From: Candidatus Poriferihabitaceae bacterium
GTDB lineage: Bacteria; Pseudomonadota; Gammaproteobacteria; Arenicellales; Poriferihabitantaceae
Reading direction: 5' to 3'
Length of the DNA stretch: 64,000 nt
NCBI GenBank assembly: GCA_965213885.1
Contig: OZ243919.1
Span: 732,692-796,691 of the forward strand
Below are positions 47,356 through 56,021 of the stretch, one piece after another. The translations under genes and the position numbers were made by a program. Under the pieces are notes generated by a model that worked only from the letters and a program-made list of their open reading frames with translations, was not told where the DNA came from and ran no database searches. Each line of letters begins with the position of its first letter. Position 1 is the first letter of the stretch.

Positions 47356-48318
47356 TCAGGCCTCCGGTCCGGGGGATTCCGTTGACAACAGTATCCCGGC
47401 CACCATCAGATCCAGGTGGCCGCCGCCGCCGTTCTTGTATGCGGTGATCTCCTCGCCCGATCGCCTGCCGGGATGTTTCCCGCGGGCAAGATCGAAGAGG
47501 TCGGCCTGTATGTCCCCCCTGGACAGTGTACCCTCTGCGAACGCCGTGACCAGTTCCCCCGAGTCCTCGAGCGCGCTCCAGGGGGCGTCCACAAACACCG
47601 ATGAGCGGCGAATGGCCTCCCCGTCGCATTCCCGCATGTCGGTGCGGAAGCTGCCCACCAGGTCGAGGTGTGTGCCCGGCTTCAGCCACTTTCCCAGGAT
47701 CAGCGGCTCCTTCGCCATGGTGGCACAGGTGATCAGGTCCGCCTCACGGGCGGCGGCCTCGAGATCCTGGACGGCGGTAATTTCGGTGCCGGGAAGGTCA
47801 AGGTTTCGGACCATGCCCTCGGCCCGGGCCGGGGTGCGGTTCCAGACGGATACCCGGCGGATGGCGGGGCGAACCGCCAGATGGGCCATGGCCAGGTGTG
47901 GGGCCAGTGCGCCGGCACCAACCACCAGCAGGTTTTCGCAGTCCTTGCGAGCCAGGAAATGACTGCCGGCGGCGGAGTCGGCCGCGGTCTTGCGCAGCGT
48001 CAGCGCGGTACCGTCCACCACTGCTCCGGGTTTGCCGTTGCTGCCGTCGAACAGTACGAATACGGCCTGGACCGACGGCAGTCCGCTGCCGTTGCACTCG
48101 TTGTGCGGAAAGACCGTCACCAGCTTTGCCCCGAGCGCATGTCCGCGCTGCCAGGCCGGCAGGCTGAGGAAAATATCCTCGCCTCCACCGGCGTTCGGCT
48201 GCGTCTGTAGCAGGCTTTGAGAGAGGTCCACGTCGCGATCATGCGCGTCGATCAGGGCCGGAACCAGCGATATGTAGGGTAATGCCTCGTGAACTTGGCT
48301 GCTGTCGAAGAAGCGCAT
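47356..48318 (-). CDS. Ornithine cyclodeaminase / mu-crystallin family protein
   Basis: 320 aa. It has the family-typical GTALTLRKTAADSA segment and Rossmann motif VVGAGALAPH. Confidence 0.88.
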   Translation of the reverse strand: MRFFDSSQVHEALPYISLVPALIDAHDRDVDLSQSLLQTQPNAGGGEDIFLSLPAWQRGHALGAKLVTVFPHNECNGSGLPSVQAVFVLFDGSNGKPGAVVDGTALTLRKTAADSAAGSHFLARKDCENLLVVGAGALAPHLAMAHLAVRPAIRRVSVWNRTPARAEGMVRNLDLPGTEITAVQDLEAAAREADLITCATMAKEPLILGKWLKPGTHLDLVGSFRTDMRECDGEAIRRSSVFVDAPWSALEDSGELVTAFAEGTLSRGDIQADLFDLARGKHPGRRSGEEITAYKNGGGGHLDLMVAGILLSTESPGPEA

Positions 48319-48762
48319 GCTGGATACCGTTCAGAAACCGTGTGACGACCATGCTGCTGTCCCGGGCATGGGCCGTGATGCCCGGCCCGGAGAAGAATAC
48401 GCCTTTTCCAGGCCTGAGCATAGCTGGAATCGGTACGTCAGCTGCCCACCAGATTTCCTGGGTGAAGACATCATCCGCAGCAAGGGTGAACACTGTCGGA
48501 AACTATGGGGCCTTGCAAAATGCTGCCCCGGAGGCAACCAAGCGGTTACAATCAGGAATACGGGATCAGGTTGATCATCTCGGATCAGGCCGGTTATTGT
48601 TGTCGGTGAAATCGGAATGTATGCCCCATGGGTTTTTTCAGTTAAATCAATTATATTGGCTTTGTTTGTTCCGTAATTTGTCTGGTACCTCTGAATCCAC
48701 AATAGGATTTTTTCTGGATTTTCCATAGATCAGGTTTTCCATTGAACCAAGCAACCATTCCC

Positions 48763-49995
48763 ATGGCATCCACCGCGACGTTCGATATTGATCGAATCCG
48801 GCGTGACTTTCCCATCCTGTCCCGGGAGGTCAACGGCTGTCCGCTGGTCTATCTCGACAATGGCGCAACCTCGCAAAAACCCCGTTCGGTAATCGACACC
48901 ATCGAGCGCTACTACAAAGATGAGAACGCCAACATTCACCGCGGTGTGCATCACCTGAGCCAGGTCGCCACCCAGGCCTACGAGGATGCACGGGAAACCA
49001 TTGCCCGGTGGATCAATGCGCCGGCGAGCCGGCAGGTACTGTTTACCCGCGGCACCACCGAAGCCATCAACCTGGTGGCCTCCAGTTGGGGCCGCGACGT
49101 GCTCTTCCCGGGCGACGAGATGGTGATTTCCACCATGGAGCACCATTCCAACATTGTTCCCTGGCAGATGGTCTGCGAGGAGCGGTGTGCGAAGCTGAAA
49201 GTGATCCCCATGTTCGGGAACGGCGAACTGGACATGGATGCCTTCGAGGGGCTGCTGACCGAGCGCACCCGGCTGGTGTCGGTGGCTCACGTGTCCAATA
49301 CGCTGGGCACGATCAACCCGGTGCGGGAGATCATCGGCCGGGCCCATGAGGCCGGGGCGCTGGTGCTGCTCGACGGCGCCCAGGCGCTTCCCCACATGCG
49401 GGTCGACGTGCAGGAACTAGGCGCCGATTTCTACGCGTTTTCGGGGCACAAGGTATTCGGGCCCACCGGTGTCGGCATTCTCTACGGGCGCGAGGAACTG
49501 CTGGATTCCATGCCGCCCTACCAGGGCGGTGGAGACATGATCGAGAGGGTGACTTTCGAGCGGACCACCTACAATACGCTGCCTCACAAGTTCGAGGCCG
49601 GTACGCCGAACATTGTCGGGGGCATTGGCCTCGCAGCGGCCATCGACTATGTCTCGGCTCTTGACCAGGCGGCACTCAGGGCCCATGAACAGGGTCTGCT
49701 CGACTATGCCACGTCAGCGCTTTGCGACATTCCCGGGCTCGGCATTGTCGGCACCGCGGCCGCCAAGGCCAGCGTGATTTCCTTCAACCTGGATGGGCAG
49801 CATCCGTTTGACGTCGGTACGCTGCTGGATCAGCAGGGTGTGGCGGTTCGCACGGGGCATCATTGCACCCAGCCGCTGATGGATTACTACGGCATCCCGG
49901 GCACGGTTCGGGCATCCTTCGCGTTCTACAACAGCCACGCAGATGTGGATGCGCTGGTCAATGCCCTCCGGCGCGCGGCGGACATGCTGGGCTGA
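48763..49995 (+). CDS. sufS: Cysteine desulfurase, SufS/CsdA type (group II)
   Basis: 410 aa from ATG 48763 with the PLP-Lys motif FSGHKVFGPTG and active-site Cys RTGHHCTQP. Confidence 0.92.
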   Translation: MASTATFDIDRIRRDFPILSREVNGCPLVYLDNGATSQKPRSVIDTIERYYKDENANIHRGVHHLSQVATQAYEDARETIARWINAPASRQVLFTRGTTEAINLVASSWGRDVLFPGDEMVISTMEHHSNIVPWQMVCEERCAKLKVIPMFGNGELDMDAFEGLLTERTRLVSVAHVSNTLGTINPVREIIGRAHEAGALVLLDGAQALPHMRVDVQELGADFYAFSGHKVFGPTGVGILYGREELLDSMPPYQGGGDMIERVTFERTTYNTLPHKFEAGTPNIVGGIGLAAAIDYVSALDQAALRAHEQGLLDYATSALCDIPGLGIVGTAAAKASVISFNLDGQHPFDVGTLLDQQGVAVRTGHHCTQPLMDYYGIPGTVRASFAFYNSHADVDALVNALRRAADMLG

Positions 49996-50420
49996 TGAGC
50001 GGGACCATCAACACCATCCAGGACGAGGTGGTGGAGGAATTCGGTGTTTTCGATCGGTGGATGGACAAATATGAATACCTGATCGACCTCGGCCGGAAAC
50101 TGCCGCTGATCAATGCGGCGTACAAGGACAGCGCGCACCTGATACCCGGCTGCCAGAGCCAGGTCTGGCTCCATTCTGAGCTTGAGGGCGGACGCGTCCG
50201 GTTCACCGCGGACAGCGACGCCATCATCACCAAGGGCATCATTGCGCTCCTGGTCCGGGTGCTGTCAGACCAGAAACCAGGCGATATAGCCGCAGCGGAC
50301 CTTTACTTCATCGACCGCATCGGTCTCAGGGAACACCTGTCGCCCACCCGGTCCAACGGACTGGTCAACATGGTCAACCGGATGCGGGCCATTGGAGAGG
50401 AATACGCCCGGTTGAACTGA
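49995..50420 (+). CDS. sufE: Sulfur acceptor SufE/CsdE
   Basis: 141 aa. The ATG overlaps the sufS stop by 1 nt (TGATG; stop 49993-49995, ATG 49995-49997). The conserved Cys motif is IPGCQSQVWL. Confidence 0.9.
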   Translation: MSGTINTIQDEVVEEFGVFDRWMDKYEYLIDLGRKLPLINAAYKDSAHLIPGCQSQVWLHSELEGGRVRFTADSDAIITKGIIALLVRVLSDQKPGDIAAADLYFIDRIGLREHLSPTRSNGLVNMVNRMRAIGEEYARLN

Positions 50421-50550
50421 GCCGCCCGGGCGATTGTCCGGGATTCGCTATCACCGGGCTGGAGAATCTGGTCCGTGACGGATGTCCCGCGACCGCCGGG
50501 CGGGAACCGGTGCCGATTCAAGTTTGAATCCGGTGCGGGACAATCGGATG

Positions 50551-52548
50551 CTACTGATCCGCGGTAGTGACTGACTGGGCCAGGCGCACAAGCCGGATGA
50601 ACTCGTTCCGGTAGCCGAAAGGATCGTCCCCACGCGCGCCCTGTGCCAGTGCGATGACATCGTCGTAACCATATTCACCGGTGTAACGTCCCCCGTGCAG
50701 GAGTTCGCCGAAGGCGGCAACTGCCGCGGCAAAGCGCACATCACGGGGTGCATCTTCCACGGTACCGAATGCGTCGGCGACGGTCACCGGCCTGGTGATC
50801 AGTGTACTCGTCCGGGCGTCGGGTTGCTTGTAGCGGATTTTCAGGAAGGCGATTTCGCCACTGAATTCGGTGCCTGGCTCCGCTCCGGTTTTCTGGTAGC
50901 GAAGGGGGGGGATCCGTCCCCCGTCCGTATCCGCCAGTATCACCTCGTAGATGGCGGTCACCGCATGCCCCGCACCGATTTCTCCGGCATCGACCTTGTC
51001 GTTGCGAAAATCCTCGCGTGCAAGCATGCGGGTCTCGTAGCCGATCAGTCGATACTCCCGGACCGCCGCGGGATTGAACTCCACCTGTATCTTCACGTCC
51101 TTCGCGATGGTCACGAGTGTGGAGGTCACTTCCTCGAGGAGTACCTTGCGTGCCTCCGACAGGGAATCAATATAGGCGGCATTGCCGTTGCCGCTCTGGG
51201 CAAGGTGCTGCATCAGGTCGTCGTTGTAGTTGCCCATCCCGAAACCGAGTACCGAGAGGGACACACCGCCCACGCGCTTGCGCGAGATGAAGTCCTCCAG
51301 CTCCTCGACGTCGGTCATGCCCACGTTGAAATCCCCATCCGTGGCGAGGATCACCCGGTTGACACCGTCCTCGACCATATGCTGCTCGGCCAGGAGGTAG
51401 GCCTGTCGGATTCCCTCTTCGCCTGCGGTGGAGCCACCGGCCCAGAGACGCTCCAGGCTGGCCAGAATCGTCTTCCGGTCAGAGACCGGGGTCGGCTCCA
51501 GCACCACATCGGCCGACCCGGCATATGTCACGATCGCGACCCGGTCATCCGGTGCCAGGGCAGTCAGCAGGAGCTCGAAGGAACGGATCAGAAGCGGCAG
51601 CTTGTTCGGCTCGTCCATGGAACCCGAGGTGTCGATGAGAAACACCAGGTTCGCACGAGGCGCGGCGCTTCGGTCGAACTCGTATCCCTTGATCCCAATG
51701 TGCATCAGCCGTGCCGACTCGCTCCAGGGTGCCGGTATCAGGGAGACATGTGTCGCGAATGGCGGGTCACGCGTCTCGGGCGGAGCGTAATCGTAGGTGA
51801 AGTAGTTGATGAGTTCCTCGGTTCGCACGGAGTCCCTGTCCGGTGGCAGATAGCCGTGGTTCAGCGAGGCTCTGAGGAAGGCGTACGAGGCGGTGTCCAC
51901 GTCAATCGAGAAGGTCGAAACCGGGTCCTCGGCGACCAGCTTGACGGGATTGGGGGAGAACTCCGTGAAACGGTCCTCGCCCTGAGCGTAGGAATGACGG
52001 GGTGGGGCCGGTCTGGATTCCAACCCCGACAACATCATCAGGCCCCCTGACAACCCCCCTGACGGGAAGCTCTTGGGAGTTTGGCCGCCCGACAGGGACG
52101 GTGGCCGGATTGTGCTGTCTGCGATCCTGGCCTGCGCTGCGGCCCCTGCCTCGGTATTTCGGGTCCGGGCTGCATCCGCCGCGGTCCTGGTTTCGGCCTC
52201 GGCGAGCCGGTCCGGGACTGCTGCAGGCGGGTACTGATGTGGCCGGTAAGGCAATTTCTGGGTCACCTGAAGCTGATAGGCGATCAGTCCGGTAACCGCC
52301 ACGACGACGGCACTGCCAACAAACGCGAGTGAGGGGCGTGACAGGGGCATGGCAAGTCTCCGTATCCGTTGTGCGAATGCGCCAGGCTCCGGCGCTCTCC
52401 CCCTGTGACGGATTTCGTCGTCGATTCCTTGGTGATGACGGCTGAACGCAGCCTTCGCTTCGGAGATTGTCCGCTCGCGCACCGGTGCCGGTGCCCGCGG
52501 CGTCGTTGCATGAAGCACCGACTCCAGTTTTTCGAGTTCGTCACTCAT
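50551..52548 (-). CDS. Membrane-anchored von Willebrand factor A protein (YfbK-like), possible anti-sigma factor
   Basis: 665 aa from an ATG that overlaps the sigma-factor stop (ATGA). It has a ~90-aa cytoplasmic N-terminus, one TM helix (LAFVGSAVVVAVTGLIAYQL), the vWA MIDAS motif DTSGSM and a long C-terminal domain. Confidence 0.85.
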   Translation of the reverse strand: MSDELEKLESVLHATTPRAPAPVRERTISEAKAAFSRHHQGIDDEIRHRGRAPEPGAFAQRIRRLAMPLSRPSLAFVGSAVVVAVTGLIAYQLQVTQKLPYRPHQYPPAAVPDRLAEAETRTAADAARTRNTEAGAAAQARIADSTIRPPSLSGGQTPKSFPSGGLSGGLMMLSGLESRPAPPRHSYAQGEDRFTEFSPNPVKLVAEDPVSTFSIDVDTASYAFLRASLNHGYLPPDRDSVRTEELINYFTYDYAPPETRDPPFATHVSLIPAPWSESARLMHIGIKGYEFDRSAAPRANLVFLIDTSGSMDEPNKLPLLIRSFELLLTALAPDDRVAIVTYAGSADVVLEPTPVSDRKTILASLERLWAGGSTAGEEGIRQAYLLAEQHMVEDGVNRVILATDGDFNVGMTDVEELEDFISRKRVGGVSLSVLGFGMGNYNDDLMQHLAQSGNGNAAYIDSLSEARKVLLEEVTSTLVTIAKDVKIQVEFNPAAVREYRLIGYETRMLAREDFRNDKVDAGEIGAGHAVTAIYEVILADTDGGRIPPLRYQKTGAEPGTEFSGEIAFLKIRYKQPDARTSTLITRPVTVADAFGTVEDAPRDVRFAAAVAAFGELLHGGRYTGEYGYDDVIALAQGARGDDPFGYRNEFIRLVRLAQSVTTADQ

Positions 52549-53090
52549 CAGGCTGTTTCCTCTTCTGCGGCCATGGCACGAAGTCGTTTGCGTACCTCGT
52601 GCATCCGCCATGACACCGTCGTTTCCGAAATACCGAGCACCTCCCCTGCCTCCGCGTGGCGCAAACCCTCCCCGAGTACCAGGAACACGGTGGTTCTCAG
52701 TTCTTCCGACAGCTGGTCCAGGGCCTCGCGCAGCCAGATCGATTCGAACATGCCGGCACCCCGATCGGCACGGGATAGGGAGTTGAGCTCGGCAAATCCC
52801 CGCTCGCCGCGTTGACGTGCGGTCCTGCGACGCAGGGCATCATGGGCGGCATTGACCACGACCCGGTAGAGCCACGTGGTGAACCGGCTCTCTCCGCGGA
52901 AGGATGCGAGTTTGGTCGGCAACGCCACACAGACTTCCTGTGCGAGGTCCGCCGCCGCGTCCGCTTCTCCAAGCACACGGGCACCGACCCGATAGATCCG
53001 GTCATAGTGGCGATCAAGCAGTTCCGCAAACGCATCCGGATCGCCCGTGGCGGCCTTGCGGGCCAACCAACTGTCGTTGTTGTCATCCAT
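52548..53090 (-). CDS. ECF-type RNA polymerase sigma-70 factor
   Basis: 180 aa with region 2 (FAELLDRHYDRIYRV...DLAQEV) and a region 4 HTH (HAEAGEVLGISETTVSWRMHEVRKRL). Confidence 0.92.
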   Translation of the reverse strand: MDDNNDSWLARKAATGDPDAFAELLDRHYDRIYRVGARVLGEADAAADLAQEVCVALPTKLASFRGESRFTTWLYRVVVNAAHDALRRRTARQRGERGFAELNSLSRADRGAGMFESIWLREALDQLSEELRTTVFLVLGEGLRHAEAGEVLGISETTVSWRMHEVRKRLRAMAAEEETA

Positions 53091-53392
53091 GCGAACACAT
53101 CATTGTTCATCCCGGAGTGCTTTTCCCGTTTGACGCATGCCGCACGGGAATCCTTGGGGTACCCTGCAGAGAGGGAAGGCGGGTAGCGGAGTCATGGTAG
53201 CGGGCTCCTGCAGGTTTTGCCGCTGCAAAAGCGCCGTTTTCCGGTGGGAGAGCCCATATGCGCGTCTCCGCCCGCACAAACTCCGCAAATCCGGAACGAA
53301 TCATGCCTGCGGCCTCCGCCTGCCGGGAAATCCGGAGTTTGGCTTGTTTGCTGGGATTACCGTCGGTGGAATCCCGATTCTCCCGGCTGAAG

Positions 53393-54001
53393 TCAGTTTT
53401 TTCCGGACACCGTCGAGGCTGCCGCAACTCCCCGGACCAACCGCACGAGATGGTCCGGACTGGATCCAAATGGCGCTATGGCCCGGACAGCCCCCTGGTG
53501 ATCCAGTACGTAAACATTGGCCGGGTGTTCCATGGTGTAGCTGGACCCCTGTTCGATCCGCCGGTAGGAGACGTTGTACAAGTCCGCCACTGTCCGGATT
53601 TCCTCCTCGGTGCCGGTCAGCCCGATAAGGTTCGGATGAAAGAAGGTGACGTAGGAGGCCAGCCGCTCCACGGTATCCCGCGAGGGGTCGATGGTAATGA
53701 AAAGGCCGGTTACCTGACTATCGGGGAACGCATGGAGGGCGCGCCCGATGTTCGACAGTTCCATGGGACAGACATCGGGACAACTGGTGAACCCGAAGTA
53801 CATCAGAACAGTCTTTCCCTGCAGCTTGTCCGATACGAAACGGCTTCCATCATGCGCCGTCAGCGTGAACTCTCCCCCGGCGGAGGGAGGGGATTCGGCC
53901 CCGGCATCGACCGCTCCTGTCAGAAGCACAACCAGCAGAACCAGAAACAGCGGCCCGGGGAGGCAGATGGAACCCGGGCAGGAATCGGACCGGGCAATCA
54001 T
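53393..54001 (-). CDS. SCO1/SenC-family copper chaperone (thioredoxin fold)
   Basis: 202 aa with an N-terminal anchor/signal and the CxxxC motif FTSCPDVCP. Its ATG overlaps the upstream gene's stop (ATGA). Confidence 0.88.
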   Translation of the reverse strand: MIARSDSCPGSICLPGPLFLVLLVVLLTGAVDAGAESPPSAGGEFTLTAHDGSRFVSDKLQGKTVLMYFGFTSCPDVCPMELSNIGRALHAFPDSQVTGLFITIDPSRDTVERLASYVTFFHPNLIGLTGTEEEIRTVADLYNVSYRRIEQGSSYTMEHPANVYVLDHQGAVRAIAPFGSSPDHLVRLVRGVAAASTVSGKN

Positions 54002-55947
54002 GGGTTTCGGCCGGAACTCTGAGCGGGATCGCCCACCGGCGCGGCGAATGCATCGAGCACCAGCGTATCCACGTTGTCGCCCGTCAGGGCATGCAGGAAG
54101 GCAACCAGATCTTCCTGTTCGCCGGCATCCAGACCCAGCGGCCGGATCAGCGGGCTGAGGAGTTCGTGGGCCACGCCACCCCGGTTATAGAAGGCAACGA
54201 CCTCTTCCAGGGTGCTGAACTGGCCGTTGTGCATGTAGGGCGCGGTCAGCGCGACATTGCGCAGGGTGGGCGTGCGGAATTTCCAGCGGTCCGCCGGATC
54301 TTCGGTAATCTCGTAGAGCCCGACATCCCCGGGAGGTTTTTCGCCCACGGAGGCCATTACTTCCGGAGCCACATCCAGAAAGACGCCGGGCGCCAGAGTG
54401 ATGCGGCTCGCCTTGAAGGCATCGCCGATGGAATTCTCGTATCCCAGGCCGGCGTTGTGCAGCCGGTGATCCGTAAACAGCGCGTGATCCCTGTTGACGA
54501 GATGGCAGCTTGAGCATCCGGCCTTGCCGGTGAACAGGCTGAAGCCGCGCCGGGCGTCGGCGTCGAGCGCTGCTTCATCCTTGCCATAGAACCAGCGATC
54601 GAACGGTGAGTTGGCCGACAGCAGGGTTCGCTCATAGCTGGCAATCGCCATGCCCAGGGTTTCCATACCGATGGGCTTTCCGTCGAAGGCCCTTTCGAAC
54701 ATGCCGTCGTAGTCCGGAAATGACCGGATCTTGCCGAGCAGGTAGCCCACCGACGGATTCGCCATCTCGTTGCGGGCCAGGAACGGTGCCCAGATCTGCT
54801 GCTCCAGGTTTTCCTCGCGCCCGTCGTGAAACAGTTTTTCCATGTAGGCGATGTTGTACAGCGTGGGGGCATTGCGGCGTACCGAGCGCCCCTCGACGCC
54901 CACTGCGGTGGCCATTTCGTTGTTGGAAAATCCCTGCTCCGGGATGTGGCACATGGCGCAGGAAAAGGTGTCGTTGATCGACAGGCGTCGGTCGTAGAAC
55001 AGTTTCTTGCCGAGTTCGATCTTTTCCCGGGACAATGGGTTGTCCGTAGGCTGCGGGATGGGTGGCAGGCCGAGGGGAGGGGATCTGGCGAGCCCGAGGA
55101 GGTCGAGATCCATTCCCTTTCGATTGGTGAGGGCCAGGCTGTCCGTTTCATAATCCCCGGATTCGTAGCCTTCCTTGTCATCACCGGGGCGCGACAGGAC
55201 ACTGCCTGCCTGGGCCATCACCGGGACGGGCTCTTTCCTGTCCGTCTCAAGGAGCAGTGAGCGTATGTCGTTCAGCAGCAGGTCGGCATGCAGGAAGGAC
55301 ACGCTGTAGATATTGCGGATTCTCCGGTCGGGGTCGATCAGGAAAACCTTGAGAAGATGGGAGATATCCAGGGTTTCTCCCGTTTTCGCATCGACCAGTT
55401 TCTGCATGTCCTGGCCATAGGCGCCGAGAAGCGGCTTGAGTGTTTCCAGGGAATCCGTCGTGACGAAATCCCAGTCGCCCCTGGTGCCCGCAAAGCGGAA
55501 GTTGTTGCCGTAGAGCTGCATGACTTCGGGCGTGTCGCGGTCGGGGTCCAGGCTCAGGCTGACAAGGCGCAGGCCGGCTTCCAGTTCCGGGTCATCCTGC
55601 ATTGTCGATTTCAGCCGGTTGAACACGTAGGAGGACAGCGGGCATCCGTTGATGTCGCTGCACCGGCTGAACATGAAGTTCAGCAGAACGATGCGGCCGT
55701 CATAGAGGTCGTGCAGGCGTATGGGCTGGTTTTGTTCGTTGAGGATCCGGCCATCCCTTGCTTTTCCCAGCGGCGGAAGGTCGTAGCTGCCGGGGGCCGG
55801 CAGATCGTATTCCAACGGGCCATAGCCGAGTGCGAGCACGCCGCTGCCTGCATCTGCATGGGCCATGTGCGCGGGCAGGAACAGCAAGAGCACGCCCCAC
55901 ATGGCGGCGCGCATTGCCCGGATTCGCCCGGAAGTGATCCAAGCCAT
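53998..55947 (-). CDS. Fusion protein: SCO1-like domain + di-haem cytochrome c peroxidase/MauG domain
   Basis: The N-terminal half is thioredoxin/SCO-like (VLLNFMFSRCSDINGCP). The C-terminal half has two CxxCH motifs (CAMCH, CSSCH) in a CCP/MauG context. I prefer ATG 55947, which gives a signal peptide MAWITSGRIRAMRAAMWGVLLLFLPAHMAHA. The ORF-track start is TTG at 56025. Confidence 0.85.
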   Translation of the reverse strand: MAWITSGRIRAMRAAMWGVLLLFLPAHMAHADAGSGVLALGYGPLEYDLPAPGSYDLPPLGKARDGRILNEQNQPIRLHDLYDGRIVLLNFMFSRCSDINGCPLSSYVFNRLKSTMQDDPELEAGLRLVSLSLDPDRDTPEVMQLYGNNFRFAGTRGDWDFVTTDSLETLKPLLGAYGQDMQKLVDAKTGETLDISHLLKVFLIDPDRRIRNIYSVSFLHADLLLNDIRSLLLETDRKEPVPVMAQAGSVLSRPGDDKEGYESGDYETDSLALTNRKGMDLDLLGLARSPPLGLPPIPQPTDNPLSREKIELGKKLFYDRRLSINDTFSCAMCHIPEQGFSNNEMATAVGVEGRSVRRNAPTLYNIAYMEKLFHDGREENLEQQIWAPFLARNEMANPSVGYLLGKIRSFPDYDGMFERAFDGKPIGMETLGMAIASYERTLLSANSPFDRWFYGKDEAALDADARRGFSLFTGKAGCSSCHLVNRDHALFTDHRLHNAGLGYENSIGDAFKASRITLAPGVFLDVAPEVMASVGEKPPGDVGLYEITEDPADRWKFRTPTLRNVALTAPYMHNGQFSTLEEVVAFYNRGGVAHELLSPLIRPLGLDAGEQEDLVAFLHALTGDNVDTLVLDAFAAPVGDPAQSSGRNP

Positions 55948-56021
55948 CGGTGGACTTCCGAAAACCAGGGGGACTGAACCACGGGCGCACCGGCACATTT
56001 TGCCGGTGCGCCCGTGAGGAC

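Noticed and set aside
48331-48726. A 131-aa minus-strand ORF in the OCD/sufS spacer.
   Set aside because: Only the first ~55 codons look protein-like and the rest is low-complexity. There is no SD and no recognisable family. I kept it as an observation under the spacer finding, not as a gene.
50421-50550. A short palindrome (GATTCAA GT TTGAATC) and distal inverted 9-mers (CGATTGTCC / GGACAATCG) in the convergent sufE/vWA gap.
   Set aside because: The stems are short with poor loop geometry and there are no T-tracts. This is a possible weak bidirectional terminator, but the evidence is insufficient to call it.
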